Source of the DNA: Thermovirgaceae bacterium
GTDB lineage: Bacteria; Synergistota; Synergistia; Synergistales; Thermovirgaceae
Reading direction: 5' to 3'
DNA length: 36,654 nucleotides
Assembly: GCA_046542505.1 (NCBI GenBank)
Contig: JBKHBH010000011.1
Coordinates: forward strand, 1 to 36,654
Positions 25,655-36,654 of the stretch are shown piece by piece; the stretch's first letter is position 1; each line of letters opens with the position of its first letter. The position numbers and the translations under genes were made by a program. Below the pieces are notes generated by a model that was not told where the DNA came from, did not search any database, and was given only the letters and a program-made list of their open reading frames with translations.

Positions 25655-26953
25655 GTGAGCGAGGATGTGGCTCAGGATTTACTGCTGCTTGCCATTCTTC
25701 TGGTCGGATCCGCCTTCTTCAGCGGTTCGGAGACTGCGGTGACGGCTATCGGCAGGGGAAAGTTGCTTGCCCTCCAGGAGAGGCATCCCAGCAGGAGCAA
25801 GAGCATCGAATGGCTGTTGGCGGACATGCAGAGGGCCCTGACGGTGATACTCATCGGGAACAACGTGGTCAACATAGCCGCCAGCGCTGTGGCAACGTCT
25901 CTGGCCTTGTCGCTTTTGGGCAGCCAGGGCGTTTTGGTCGCCGTGGCTTTCATGACAGTGATTATCGTCATATTCGGAGAGATCCTCCCGAAGAGCGTCG
26001 CCATCGTAAAGTACGAGGCTTTTGTCATTTCCGCCCTGCCGGTCCTGAGGGTCATACATGTTTTCGCAAAACCACTGATCCTTGCGACCACGGGTGTCGT
26101 CCGTTTCTTCGGCGCCCTTTTCCGGGTCGATCTTTCCGCCCGGCACACCTTCGTAACCCGTGAGGAAATCGAGCAGATGGTCGACATAGGCGAGGCTTCC
26201 GGGGCCATTGAAGAGGACGAACGCAAGATGATCCACGGGATCATTTCTTTCGAGGAAACGCGCGTGTACGAGATTATGATCCCCAGGACCGACATGGTCG
26301 CCATCTCTTCGGAAACGACCCTTGAGGAATCCGTCGCCGTTTTCCAGGAATGCGGACATTCCAGGGTTCCCGTTTACAACAAGAGCCCCGACCATATCGT
26401 GGGCATTCTCTACGTGAAAGACATCATAGGAGCCATTCATTCGGGAAAGTTCGACGAGAGGGTCTCGGGGCTCAAGAGGGAAGCCCTCTTTGTACCCGAG
26501 ATGATGCGCATTGCCGACCTCCTTGACATCATGAAGGGCAAACGCGTCCACATGGCCATCATCGTCGACGAGTACGGCGGGACAGCGGGGCTGGTGACTC
26601 TCGAGGACCTCATTGAGGAAATTTTCGGCGAGATCCAGGATGAGTATGATGAGGAGACTCCACCACTGCAAAAAGAGACGGAAGGGAGCTATCTCGTAAA
26701 GGGATACATGGACCTTGAGGATCTGAGCGAGGAAATCGGCTATCCATTTGTTTCGGCCGATGTGGACACCATCGGCGGCCTCATACTTTCTCTGGCGGGG
26801 CGGTTCCCCGACCAGGGCCAGCGTCTCTATTACGGAAGCTGGGACATTGAAGTGCTGGAGGTCGAGGATCACCGTATCAAGCTTGTCCGCCTGGCGCCCA
26901 GGGACGCCGGCGTCGGAATGGGAGCCTACGGGACAGACGATGAAGACCTCTGA
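25655..26953 (+). CDS. CNNM/DUF21-CBS-CorC membrane protein (hemolysin family; putative Mg2+/Co2+ transporter)
   Basis: SAFFSGSETA, ILIGNNVVN, IFGEILPK, EIMIPRTDM, HSRVPVY, VDEYGGTAGLVTLEDLIEEIFGEIQDEYD, CorC-type C-terminus. Confidence 0.93.
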   Translation: MSEDVAQDLLLLAILLVGSAFFSGSETAVTAIGRGKLLALQERHPSRSKSIEWLLADMQRALTVILIGNNVVNIAASAVATSLALSLLGSQGVLVAVAFMTVIIVIFGEILPKSVAIVKYEAFVISALPVLRVIHVFAKPLILATTGVVRFFGALFRVDLSARHTFVTREEIEQMVDIGEASGAIEEDERKMIHGIISFEETRVYEIMIPRTDMVAISSETTLEESVAVFQECGHSRVPVYNKSPDHIVGILYVKDIIGAIHSGKFDERVSGLKREALFVPEMMRIADLLDIMKGKRVHMAIIVDEYGGTAGLVTLEDLIEEIFGEIQDEYDEETPPLQKETEGSYLVKGYMDLEDLSEEIGYPFVSADVDTIGGLILSLAGRFPDQGQRLYYGSWDIEVLEVEDHRIKLVRLAPRDAGVGMGAYGTDDEDL

Positions 26954-26970
26954 GAAAGGTGGCGGTTGAT

Positions 26971-27402
26971 ATGCAATGGCCTGCGGAAACGGGGAAGACG
27001 CCCTCAGAACTCCTCAATCTCGCAAAACAAGCCTCTGCGCATGCCTACGCCCCCTATTCGGGGTTTTCCGTAGGAGCCGCCCTGTTGTGCCGGGACGGGA
27101 GAATTTACACGGGGTGCAACATCGAAAATGCCAGTTACGGGCTTACGATCTGTGCCGAGAGGAACGCATTGGCAAAAGGGGTTTCGGAAGACATGAGCTG
27201 TCCCGTGGCTATTGCCGTCGTCGGCGCTTCGGGAAAGCCTTGTTATCCGTGCGGAGCCTGCAGACAGGTGCTCGCCGAATTCAATCCTGCCATGGCGGTC
27301 GTCCTTGAAGACAGCGACGGCCCCAGGCTTTTTTCGTTGTCGGAGCTTTTCCCCCACCCTTTCCTCAAGGAACCCCAAAGAGGCGAAGATGAGTGTTTTT
27401 GA
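26971..27402 (+). CDS. cdd: Cytidine deaminase
   Basis: AYAPYSGFSVGAA, GCNIENASYGLTICAER, PCGACRQVLAEF. Start 26959 or 26971. Confidence 0.96.
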   Translation: MQWPAETGKTPSELLNLAKQASAHAYAPYSGFSVGAALLCRDGRIYTGCNIENASYGLTICAERNALAKGVSEDMSCPVAIAVVGASGKPCYPCGACRQVLAEFNPAMAVVLEDSDGPRLFSLSELFPHPFLKEPQRGEDECF

Positions 27403-28321
27403 GGACGGAAACACTGTCTACAGAAGCGGCGTCGTCGCCATTGCCGGCAGACCCAATGTGGGAAAATCGACACTCGTCAACGCCCTGATGGGCTGGAAAT
27501 ACTCGATTGTCTCCTCCAAGCCGCAGACGACCAGGCACTGCACCCGTTATGTCTTTTCCGGGAAAGAAGGCCAGGTGGTCCTCATGGATACTCCCGGACT
27601 GCACCGTCCGCTGCACCTTCTGGGAAGAACCATGGAGAAAAATCTTCTCAAGGCCCTGTCCCAGGTGGATATGGTGTGCCTTGTAACAGAGGCTACGGAC
27701 AAAAGCGTTGGTCCCGCTGACAGGATTCTGGTGGACCGCATTGCCTGCGGAGCTTCGGTCCCTGTTTTTCTCGTCGTCAACAAGACCGACCTTGTCAGTG
27801 ATCCCGCCGAAGCCGCCGAAAGAATCAGGGGGTTTTATGAGGGAAGTCTCGAAATCTGTGATGAAGCCCTTGTGAGTGCCGAAAAAAACGCGGGAGTGGA
27901 TGGACTCGCCCGGCGGCTCGTTGAGAGAATGCCTCCCGGTCCTCCCTTGTATCCCGAGGATATGGCCGGTGATTTTTCGGAACGGTTTCTGGCAGCGGAA
28001 ATCATCAGGGAAAAGATTCTCGAGCAGACGGAACAGGAGGTTCCCCATTCCGTTGCCGTTGTCGTCGAGGAATTCAAGAGCCCGGACGAATACCCCGAAC
28101 GCAACACGCTTTTTGTGCGCGCCGAGATTTATGTGGAGCGGCCCGGCCAGAAAGGCATCCTCATAGGCAAGGGCGGATCGAAGCTGAAAGCCGTGGCCAC
28201 GGCGGCAAGGGTTGATATCGAGCATCAGTTCGGGTGGAAGGTCTACCTGGACCTGTGGATCAAGGTGCGGCCGCGCTGGAGAGAAAACGAATCAGATCTC
28301 AGACGAATGGGACTCCTTTAG
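27389..28321 (+). CDS. era: GTPase Era
   Basis: GRPNVGKSTL, PQTTR, DTPG, NKTD, AEIIREK, KH domain QKGILIGKGG. Confidence 0.97.
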   Translation: MSVFEDGNTVYRSGVVAIAGRPNVGKSTLVNALMGWKYSIVSSKPQTTRHCTRYVFSGKEGQVVLMDTPGLHRPLHLLGRTMEKNLLKALSQVDMVCLVTEATDKSVGPADRILVDRIACGASVPVFLVVNKTDLVSDPAEAAERIRGFYEGSLEICDEALVSAEKNAGVDGLARRLVERMPPGPPLYPEDMAGDFSERFLAAEIIREKILEQTEQEVPHSVAVVVEEFKSPDEYPERNTLFVRAEIYVERPGQKGILIGKGGSKLKAVATAARVDIEHQFGWKVYLDLWIKVRPRWRENESDLRRMGLL

Positions 28322-28338
28322 GGAGCAGGCAGACAGGC

Positions 28339-29061
28339 ATGGAGGGAAAAAGCAGGCAGGGACTGATCAGGGAGCGGGGCGTCATTTTAAGACGCGTGGA
28401 TTCACCCGAGGGGAACAGGAGCGTGTATGTGTTCCTCTCCCGCTATGGTCCCGTCTGGACGTCTGCGCCGGGGGCGGCGAGGGGGAAAGCACGTTTCGGC
28501 GGTTCTACGGAACCCATGGTTTGGGGTATCATGCACCTGTACCGCGGTCCGAACCGTTTCTACCTCCGGGATGTGGATGTCAAAAAGGATTTCTGGTCCC
28601 TCCGGAACCAACCAGAAAGAATGCGGAGGGCGATAGGATGGATACACACCGTTTCTTTGGGTCTTTTGCCCATGCATCCCTGTGACGAGCTGCTGCCGGT
28701 TTTATACTGGTCCCTTTGTTCACTTGAGGATGAATCCGTTCCTCCCTTTGCCGTTGAATGGCGGTTCTTCTGGAAATGGCTCAGAATCTGGGGACTGGCG
28801 CCGGACCTTTGCCGATGCAGTGGCTGCTCCGCCAGAGACTCGAAAACATGGGTCCTGTCCGATGACGGGTTGTACTGCCGGGACTGCGCGTCCTCCAGGG
28901 AGGGCGTCCATCTGCTGCCGAAAGACGTTGAGGACCTTCAGAAGGCTGTCGCCCTGCCCCGGAAGGCCTTCCTCGAATGGGCAAGGCAGGCCGTCACTGA
29001 TGAAAGGACATGGAATCTTTGCAATGAACTGGTCAAAAAGGGTATCCTGTCCGGGACATGA
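28339..29061 (+). CDS. recO: DNA repair protein RecO
   Basis: N-terminal OB-like GVILRR..EGNR..APGA, Zn-finger CSGC..YCRDC after WGLAPDL; canonical era-recO-glyQ position. Confidence 0.85.
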   Translation: MEGKSRQGLIRERGVILRRVDSPEGNRSVYVFLSRYGPVWTSAPGAARGKARFGGSTEPMVWGIMHLYRGPNRFYLRDVDVKKDFWSLRNQPERMRRAIGWIHTVSLGLLPMHPCDELLPVLYWSLCSLEDESVPPFAVEWRFFWKWLRIWGLAPDLCRCSGCSARDSKTWVLSDDGLYCRDCASSREGVHLLPKDVEDLQKAVALPRKAFLEWARQAVTDERTWNLCNELVKKGILSGT

Positions 29062-29104
29062 CTAATCGGCAGGGGGCCGTTTTGTTTTAAAAGGAGGGAG
29101 TTCT

Positions 29105-30004
29105 TTGAACTTTCAGGACATTATCATTCGTCTCGAGAAATTTTGGGCCGAACAGAAATGCGTGATCCAGCAGCCCTATGACATTGAAGTAGGAGCCGGT
29201 ACCATGAATCCGGCGACGACCCTCCGAGTATTGGGGCCCGAACCCTGGAGGGTGGCCTATGTAGAGCCCTCGAGGCGGCCCACCGATGGACGGTATGGGG
29301 AAAACCCGAACAGGCTTCAGCACTATTACCAGTACCAGGTCATCATCCAGCCATCCCCCGACGACATCCAGGAAATTTACCTGGAAAGCCTGAAGGCACT
29401 CGGGATCGAACCGGAGGAGCATGATATCCGCTTTGTGGAGGATGACTGGGAGTCACCTACCATCGGTGCCTGGGGGCTTGGGTGGGAGGTCTGGCTTGAC
29501 GGCATGGAGATTACCCAGTTCACCTACTTCCAACAGGTCGGGGGGATCGACATGGATCCCGTCCCCGTAGAACTCACCTATGGTATCGAGCGGATCGCCA
29601 TGTTCGTCCAGAAAGTTGACAATGTCTACGACCTCACGTGGGTCGGAGACGTTTCCTATGGAGATGTGCATCACAGGGGGGAAGTCGAGTTCTCCACCTA
29701 CAATTTTGAGGTTGCAGACACGGCGATGCTTTTCGACCTCTTCTCAAGGTATGAAACCGAGGCCCGGAAATGCCTCGAGGCGGGCCTTGTGTTTCCGGCC
29801 TACGACTATGTCCTGAAGTGTTCCCATACCTTCAATCTTCTGGACGCCCGCAATGCCATCAGCGTGACGGAAAGGACGGGATATATCTCGAGGGTCCGCA
29901 ACATCGCCGGAAAATGTTGTGCAGCCTACTGCGAACAAAGGAAAAGCCTTGGATATCCGCTTATGGATAAATTTGAAGGAAAGACGGGGAGGCAGGCCCG
30001 ATGA
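29105..30004 (+). CDS. glyQ: Glycine--tRNA ligase alpha subunit
   Basis: [59 protein letters not shown] start after AAGGAGG. Confidence 0.98.
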   Translation: MNFQDIIIRLEKFWAEQKCVIQQPYDIEVGAGTMNPATTLRVLGPEPWRVAYVEPSRRPTDGRYGENPNRLQHYYQYQVIIQPSPDDIQEIYLESLKALGIEPEEHDIRFVEDDWESPTIGAWGLGWEVWLDGMEITQFTYFQQVGGIDMDPVPVELTYGIERIAMFVQKVDNVYDLTWVGDVSYGDVHHRGEVEFSTYNFEVADTAMLFDLFSRYETEARKCLEAGLVFPAYDYVLKCSHTFNLLDARNAISVTERTGYISRVRNIAGKCCAAYCEQRKSLGYPLMDKFEGKTGRQAR

Positions 30005-32067
30005 CGACACGGGATTATCTTCTGGAAATCGGTACGGAGGAGATACCGGCCGGTTTTGTCTCCTGGGCGGTGGACGAGATCCTCAAGATCGCCGAGCTGG
30101 AATTTGCAGACAGAAGGCTGCGCTACGACTCGATGAAAAGCTTCGCGACACCGAGGAGGATCGTCCTCTATGTCAGGGATCTTGCCGAAAAACAGGAGGA
30201 CCTCACCGAAGAACTCAAGGGCCCTACCTGGCAACAGGCTTTCGACGCGAACGAACACCCAACGAAGGCTGCGAAGGGCTTCGCAAGAAGCAAGAACGTT
30301 TCCGTCGACGACCTTGAGAAACGGAACGTGGGTGGAACAGATTTCGCCGTGGCCGTTTTGAAAAAGGAAGGCGCCTCTTCCGTCGATGTGCTGGAAGAAG
30401 TCGCTCCTGCCGTGATCAGGCGGCTCGTGTTCCCGAAGAACATGTACTGGGACGAGACCTTTGTCCGTTTTGCCAGGCCGATACGGTGGATCCTCTCTCT
30501 TTTCGGAAGTGATATCGTGCCCTTTTCCTACGGTTCACTGGAGGCCGGAAGGGCGACCAGGGGCCACCGTTTCATGGGCTCGAGAAAAATAGAAATCAAA
30601 AACACAGACGAGTATTTCGGCAAGCTTTTCGACAATTCCGTCATCATTGATCCAGAAAAACGACGCGAGAAGATGATTGCCGGTATTTCCGCCATCGAGA
30701 AGGAAATCGCGGCAAGGGCGGAAAAGGACGAGGTTCTGGTGGAAGAGAACCTTTATCTGGTTGAGTACCCCGTTCCATTTGCCGGGCGGTTTGACGAATC
30801 CTTCCTCGAGATGCCCGAGGAAGTTCTCACGACTACCATGAAGCACCACCAGCGCTACTTTCCCGTGAGGGACGAGCAAGGTGCACTCAAGCCGTACTTC
30901 ATCGGCATCAGCAATAACAGGGCGTCCAACATGGCCGTCGTCAGGGAAGGAAACGAGCGGGTTCTTCGGGCGCGCCTCACCGACGCGGCTTTTTTCTGGA
31001 GGGAAGACCTCCAGATCCCGTTGCACAAAAGGGTCGACAAACTGAAGAGCATCGTCCATCATGAACAGCTCGGTTCGGTATACGACAGAACATTGAACAT
31101 CCAGACCATAGTGGCCGGTCTTTGCGATTATAACGGGTGGAGTGACATTCGCTCCCTTGCCGAGCGGGCCGCATATCTTTCCAAGGCGGACCAGGCAACG
31201 GCGATGGTCTACGAGTTTGCTGAGCTCCGTGGTGTCATGGGGCGTGAATATGCGAAACGAAGCGGTGAGGACGAAAGGGTGGCCCTTGCTGTTTACGAAC
31301 AATATCTTCCGGCCTTCGCCGGAGACGTGACGCCTTCGGATCGTGTCGGAGCAGTCCTCGGGATCGCGGACAGACTAGATACCATTGCCGGCGGTTTCAA
31401 GGCGGAACTTCAGCCCACGGGCTCCCAGGACCCATATGGCCTCCGGAGGGCGGCGAGAACAATAAACGAGATCATCTGGGCCCTCGATATGGACCTTGAC
31501 CTTGAAAACGCCGCTCGGACTGCGGCGGCCGTATACAAGCTCGACGATTCTTCCGTCGTAAAGGGCATTCTGGATTTTCTGAGGCAGCGTCTGCAGCACC
31601 AGGTTCGCGAAAAGGGATATCCTCACGACCTGACGGCTCTTGCCCTTTCTGTTGCATGGCATCGGCCTCTTCAGGTCCTGAGATTTCTTGGCAGTTTCAC
31701 CGCCGTTCGGGATGCCGAATGGTTCAGGGGGCTCGTGACTGCAGCTGTACGGGTGAGGAATATCCTCACCAAAGCCCCGGAAACTCCGGGCGAACCCGAT
31801 GAGAATCTTTTTACCGAGGATGCGGAGAGAGCCCTCTGGCATGCCGTCGAAGAGATCCGGGAACCGGCGGAAAAGGCCGTGGGAAATTGCGAGTGGGAAG
31901 AGCTTACGCGACTTCTCGCCCGTCTTGAACCACCGGTGACGGCCTTTTTTGATGATGTCCTTGTCATGACCGACGACGAAAAATTGAGACAAAACCGCCT
32001 GTCTCTTTTGGGCCGGACGGAAAACCTCTTTGCCGCCGTCGGCGACCTGGGACTTCTAAAAGGATAG
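30001..32067 (+). CDS. glyS: Glycine--tRNA ligase beta subunit
   Basis: [67 protein letters not shown] overlap with glyQ. Confidence 0.97.
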   Translation: MTTRDYLLEIGTEEIPAGFVSWAVDEILKIAELEFADRRLRYDSMKSFATPRRIVLYVRDLAEKQEDLTEELKGPTWQQAFDANEHPTKAAKGFARSKNVSVDDLEKRNVGGTDFAVAVLKKEGASSVDVLEEVAPAVIRRLVFPKNMYWDETFVRFARPIRWILSLFGSDIVPFSYGSLEAGRATRGHRFMGSRKIEIKNTDEYFGKLFDNSVIIDPEKRREKMIAGISAIEKEIAARAEKDEVLVEENLYLVEYPVPFAGRFDESFLEMPEEVLTTTMKHHQRYFPVRDEQGALKPYFIGISNNRASNMAVVREGNERVLRARLTDAAFFWREDLQIPLHKRVDKLKSIVHHEQLGSVYDRTLNIQTIVAGLCDYNGWSDIRSLAERAAYLSKADQATAMVYEFAELRGVMGREYAKRSGEDERVALAVYEQYLPAFAGDVTPSDRVGAVLGIADRLDTIAGGFKAELQPTGSQDPYGLRRAARTINEIIWALDMDLDLENAARTAAAVYKLDDSSVVKGILDFLRQRLQHQVREKGYPHDLTALALSVAWHRPLQVLRFLGSFTAVRDAEWFRGLVTAAVRVRNILTKAPETPGEPDENLFTEDAERALWHAVEEIREPAEKAVGNCEWEELTRLLARLEPPVTAFFDDVLVMTDDEKLRQNRLSLLGRTENLFAAVGDLGLLKG

Positions 32068-32112
32068 CTTCTTTCCGGTGGGAAGAGGCCATCACAGGAG
32101 GGGAGGAGCCCC

Positions 32113-32913
32113 ATGGAGATGACGATCTACGTGGTGTCGGACTTCACCGGCGAAACCGCCGAACACGTAGCAAGGGCGGCATTCAGTCAATTTGCGTCGG
32201 ACAGCATTGACCTTCATCGCTTCCGCTACATCAACAACAGGGAGCGTGCCCAGGAGGTGCTCGAACAGGCTGCCGAGGACGGGGCTCTCATTATCTGTAC
32301 CCTCGTCGACCACGAGCTGCGCCGCTGGTTCGTCGACAAGGCGACGGGGCAGGGCACGAAGACGGTGGACATTTTGGGTCCCATCCTTGATATGCTTGAA
32401 AACAGGCTGGGACATCCTCCGCTTGAGACGCCGGGATTGCTCCGGCGGATGGACGAGGAATACTTCCGCAGGGTAAAGGCCATAGAATTCGCCATCAAAT
32501 GTGACGATGGCCGAAGCCCTGAGGATCTGTCGTCGGCGGACGTTGTCATTATAGGGGTTTCCAGGACCAGCAAGACCCCTCTTTGCATGTATCTTGCTCA
32601 CAGGGGGTTCATGGTCGCCAACATCCCCCTCATCCCCGAAACGGAACCGCCGAAGCAGCTATTCGGTATCCTGCCGGAACGGGTTTTCGGCCTCATGATA
32701 CAGCCTGAAAAACTTGTGCACATCAGGCGGGAGCGGCTGCGGCTTCTGGGTCTTGATGCGGAAGTTTCGAATTATGCCCAGTGGGAGCGTGTGGAGGAAG
32801 AACTCCAGTATGCGCGCAACCTCATGCGGAAGATAGGCTGCAGGGTGATGAACGTGACGAACAGGGCCATCGAGGAAACGGCCCAGGAAATACTCGACTA
32901 CCTGCGAGCGTGA
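32113..32913 (+). CDS. Pyruvate,phosphate dikinase regulatory protein (kinase/pyrophosphorylase, DUF299)
   Basis: VSDFTGETAE, YFRRVKAIEFAIKCDDG, GVSRTSKTP, ANIPL, AIEETA; directly upstream of ppdK. Confidence 0.93.
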   Translation: MEMTIYVVSDFTGETAEHVARAAFSQFASDSIDLHRFRYINNRERAQEVLEQAAEDGALIICTLVDHELRRWFVDKATGQGTKTVDILGPILDMLENRLGHPPLETPGLLRRMDEEYFRRVKAIEFAIKCDDGRSPEDLSSADVVIIGVSRTSKTPLCMYLAHRGFMVANIPLIPETEPPKQLFGILPERVFGLMIQPEKLVHIRRERLRLLGLDAEVSNYAQWERVEEELQYARNLMRKIGCRVMNVTNRAIEETAQEILDYLRA

Positions 32914-32940
32914 CGTGATACGAAAACGGAGGTGGCAGTC

Positions 32941-35604
<2,664 letters not shown>

Positions 35605-35613
35605 AATGTTTTG

Positions 35614-35655
35614 CCAAAGAAAGGGCCGCCTGAAAAGGCGGCCCTTTCTTTTTGG
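35614..35655. terminator. Bidirectional intrinsic terminator between ppdK and the PBP gene
   Basis: AAAGAAAGGGCCGCCT-GAAA-AGGCGGCCCTTTCTTTTT, with T-rich tails on both strands. Confidence 0.9.
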
Positions 35656-35739
35656 AGGTACCCAAGGACACTCTTTCGAATAAATGCCGAATCCACGGCC
35701 TCAAGATCCGCTCTGGGACTGTTTCCGCGGTGGCTGATT

Positions 35740-36654
35740 CTACTCATTGATACCGTACTGTTTCAGCAGCTCCTGGAAGCGATCTTCCACCTCTTCAGGG
35801 GTTCGTTCCTTTGTTTTGCCGGCCTCATCTGTATCTTTCGGAAGAGGCGCTTCCTCCTTTTTCGGGGGAGTTACAGGTTCCGGCCTTGGTATCGGCTCCA
35901 TTTCAGGCTGGACATAGGGTGGAACCACTTGTTTTTTCACGAGTTTGAACTCTTCCGGAAGTTTCAAGCTGTAAACATCGACCGCTGCTGCGGAGACGTC
36001 GAGAACATCCTGGTCTCTAGGTGAAAGCAGCAGCATAGGGGCCTCCTCGTCGGAGGTGGCCATTTCCCAGCTTCCGCCGTGGAGCGGGCAGCTCGATTGG
36101 GGAGCCATTCCGCCGGGAAGTGAAATTCTTGTCGCCGGGCAGTTTGAAGTGGCCAAAAAACCCGATTCTGAACAGACGGAGACGTTCTCCAGGATATGGC
36201 CGGAGGGAGTGAAATGCTGACGTACGGGCAGCTTCGTAACGGCTTTTTCGACAAAGGTTTTCCAAACGGGTGCAGCGACGGCTCCGCCCGTGCCTGGTCT
36301 TCCCAGGCTTTCATGATCGTCATGGCCGGCATACACGACGGTGACAAGTCCGGGCAGACCTCCCGCAAACCAGGCATCGCTGTATTCGTTGGTCGTTCCG
36401 GTCTTGCCGAAGGTTTCATACCCTGGGATGGCGGCTCTTTTCCCGGTGCCGGCTTTGATAACGTTCTCGAGAACAGATCGTATGGAGAGTACGAGTTCCG
36501 GGGCGATTGCCGGTACCGGCTCGGGGCCGTGCTGTTCAAGGGTTTCTCCCGCCGCTGTGGTAATCCGCTTGATGCCGTAGGGGCGTATGCGATACCCGCC
36601 GTTGGCGAAGACGCTGTAGGCGGTGGCCATCTCGAGAGGGGTGACGCTTGCTGA
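35740..36654 (-). CDS. Class A penicillin-binding protein (PBP1A family), C-terminal part; 5' end outside the window
   Basis: Frame is open to the window edge: SASVTPLEMATAYSVFANGG, GTGKRA, GKTGTT (KTG motif), DAWFAG, GGAVAAPVW. Confidence 0.93.
   Translation of the reverse strand, partial: SASVTPLEMATAYSVFANGGYRIRPYGIKRITTAAGETLEQHGPEPVPAIAPELVLSIRSVLENVIKAGTGKRAAIPGYETFGKTGTTNEYSDAWFAGGLPGLVTVVYAGHDDHESLGRPGTGGAVAAPVWKTFVEKAVTKLPVRQHFTPSGHILENVSVCSESGFLATSNCPATRISLPGGMAPQSSCPLHGGSWEMATSDEEAPMLLLSPRDQDVLDVSAAAVDVYSLKLPEEFKLVKKQVVPPYVQPEMEPIPRPEPVTPPKKEEAPLPKDTDEAGKTKERTPEEVEDRFQELLKQYGINE

Noticed and set aside
25679..26872. 397-aa antisense ORF over the CNNM gene (likewise 5287-6426 and other minus-strand ORFs of 200 aa or more)
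   Set aside because: Antisense shadows of clearly identified genes.
29062..29104. T-box or attenuator before glyQ (CGGC-AGGGG-GCCG-TTTTGTTTT)
   Set aside because: The gap is only 43 nt, has no T-box consensus, and the stem is 4 bp; too weak to call.

Overview
Dense, GC-rich (by eye roughly 55-60%) bacterial core-genome segment, almost all on the + strand. Protein style and gene order suggest an anaerobe of the Synergistota or a related Firmicutes-like lineage (inference only). Order: partial pyk, Nudix CoA pyrophosphatase, nfo, PLP amino-acid racemase, cdaA, cdaR, glmM, galU, glmS ribozyme, glmS; an inverted three-gene unit (PerR-like regulator, small membrane protein, unrecognised lipoprotein with an internal twofold repeat); tRNA-Gln(UUG), glmU, prs, rplY/ctc, pth, mfd, mazG, a carboxyltransferase without a biotin domain; nfu, phoH, pgpH-type 7TM-HD, ybeY, CNNM/CBS protein, cdd, era, recO, glyQ, glyS, PPDK regulatory protein, ppdK; and the 3' part of a convergent class A PBP. 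I see no mobile element, CRISPR array, prophage or defence island. Best candidates for something undescribed: (i) the PerR-like operon with a Per-box-like operator and an unknown lipoprotein; (ii) an 8-codon leader ORF with a strong SD whose stop overlaps the start of the c-di-AMP synthase gene cdaA; (iii) possible cross-regulation of the pyruvate kinase swivel domain by the PPDK regulatory protein; (iv) a terminator abutting the mfd RBS. All four are hypotheses from reading the sequence; no searches were run.
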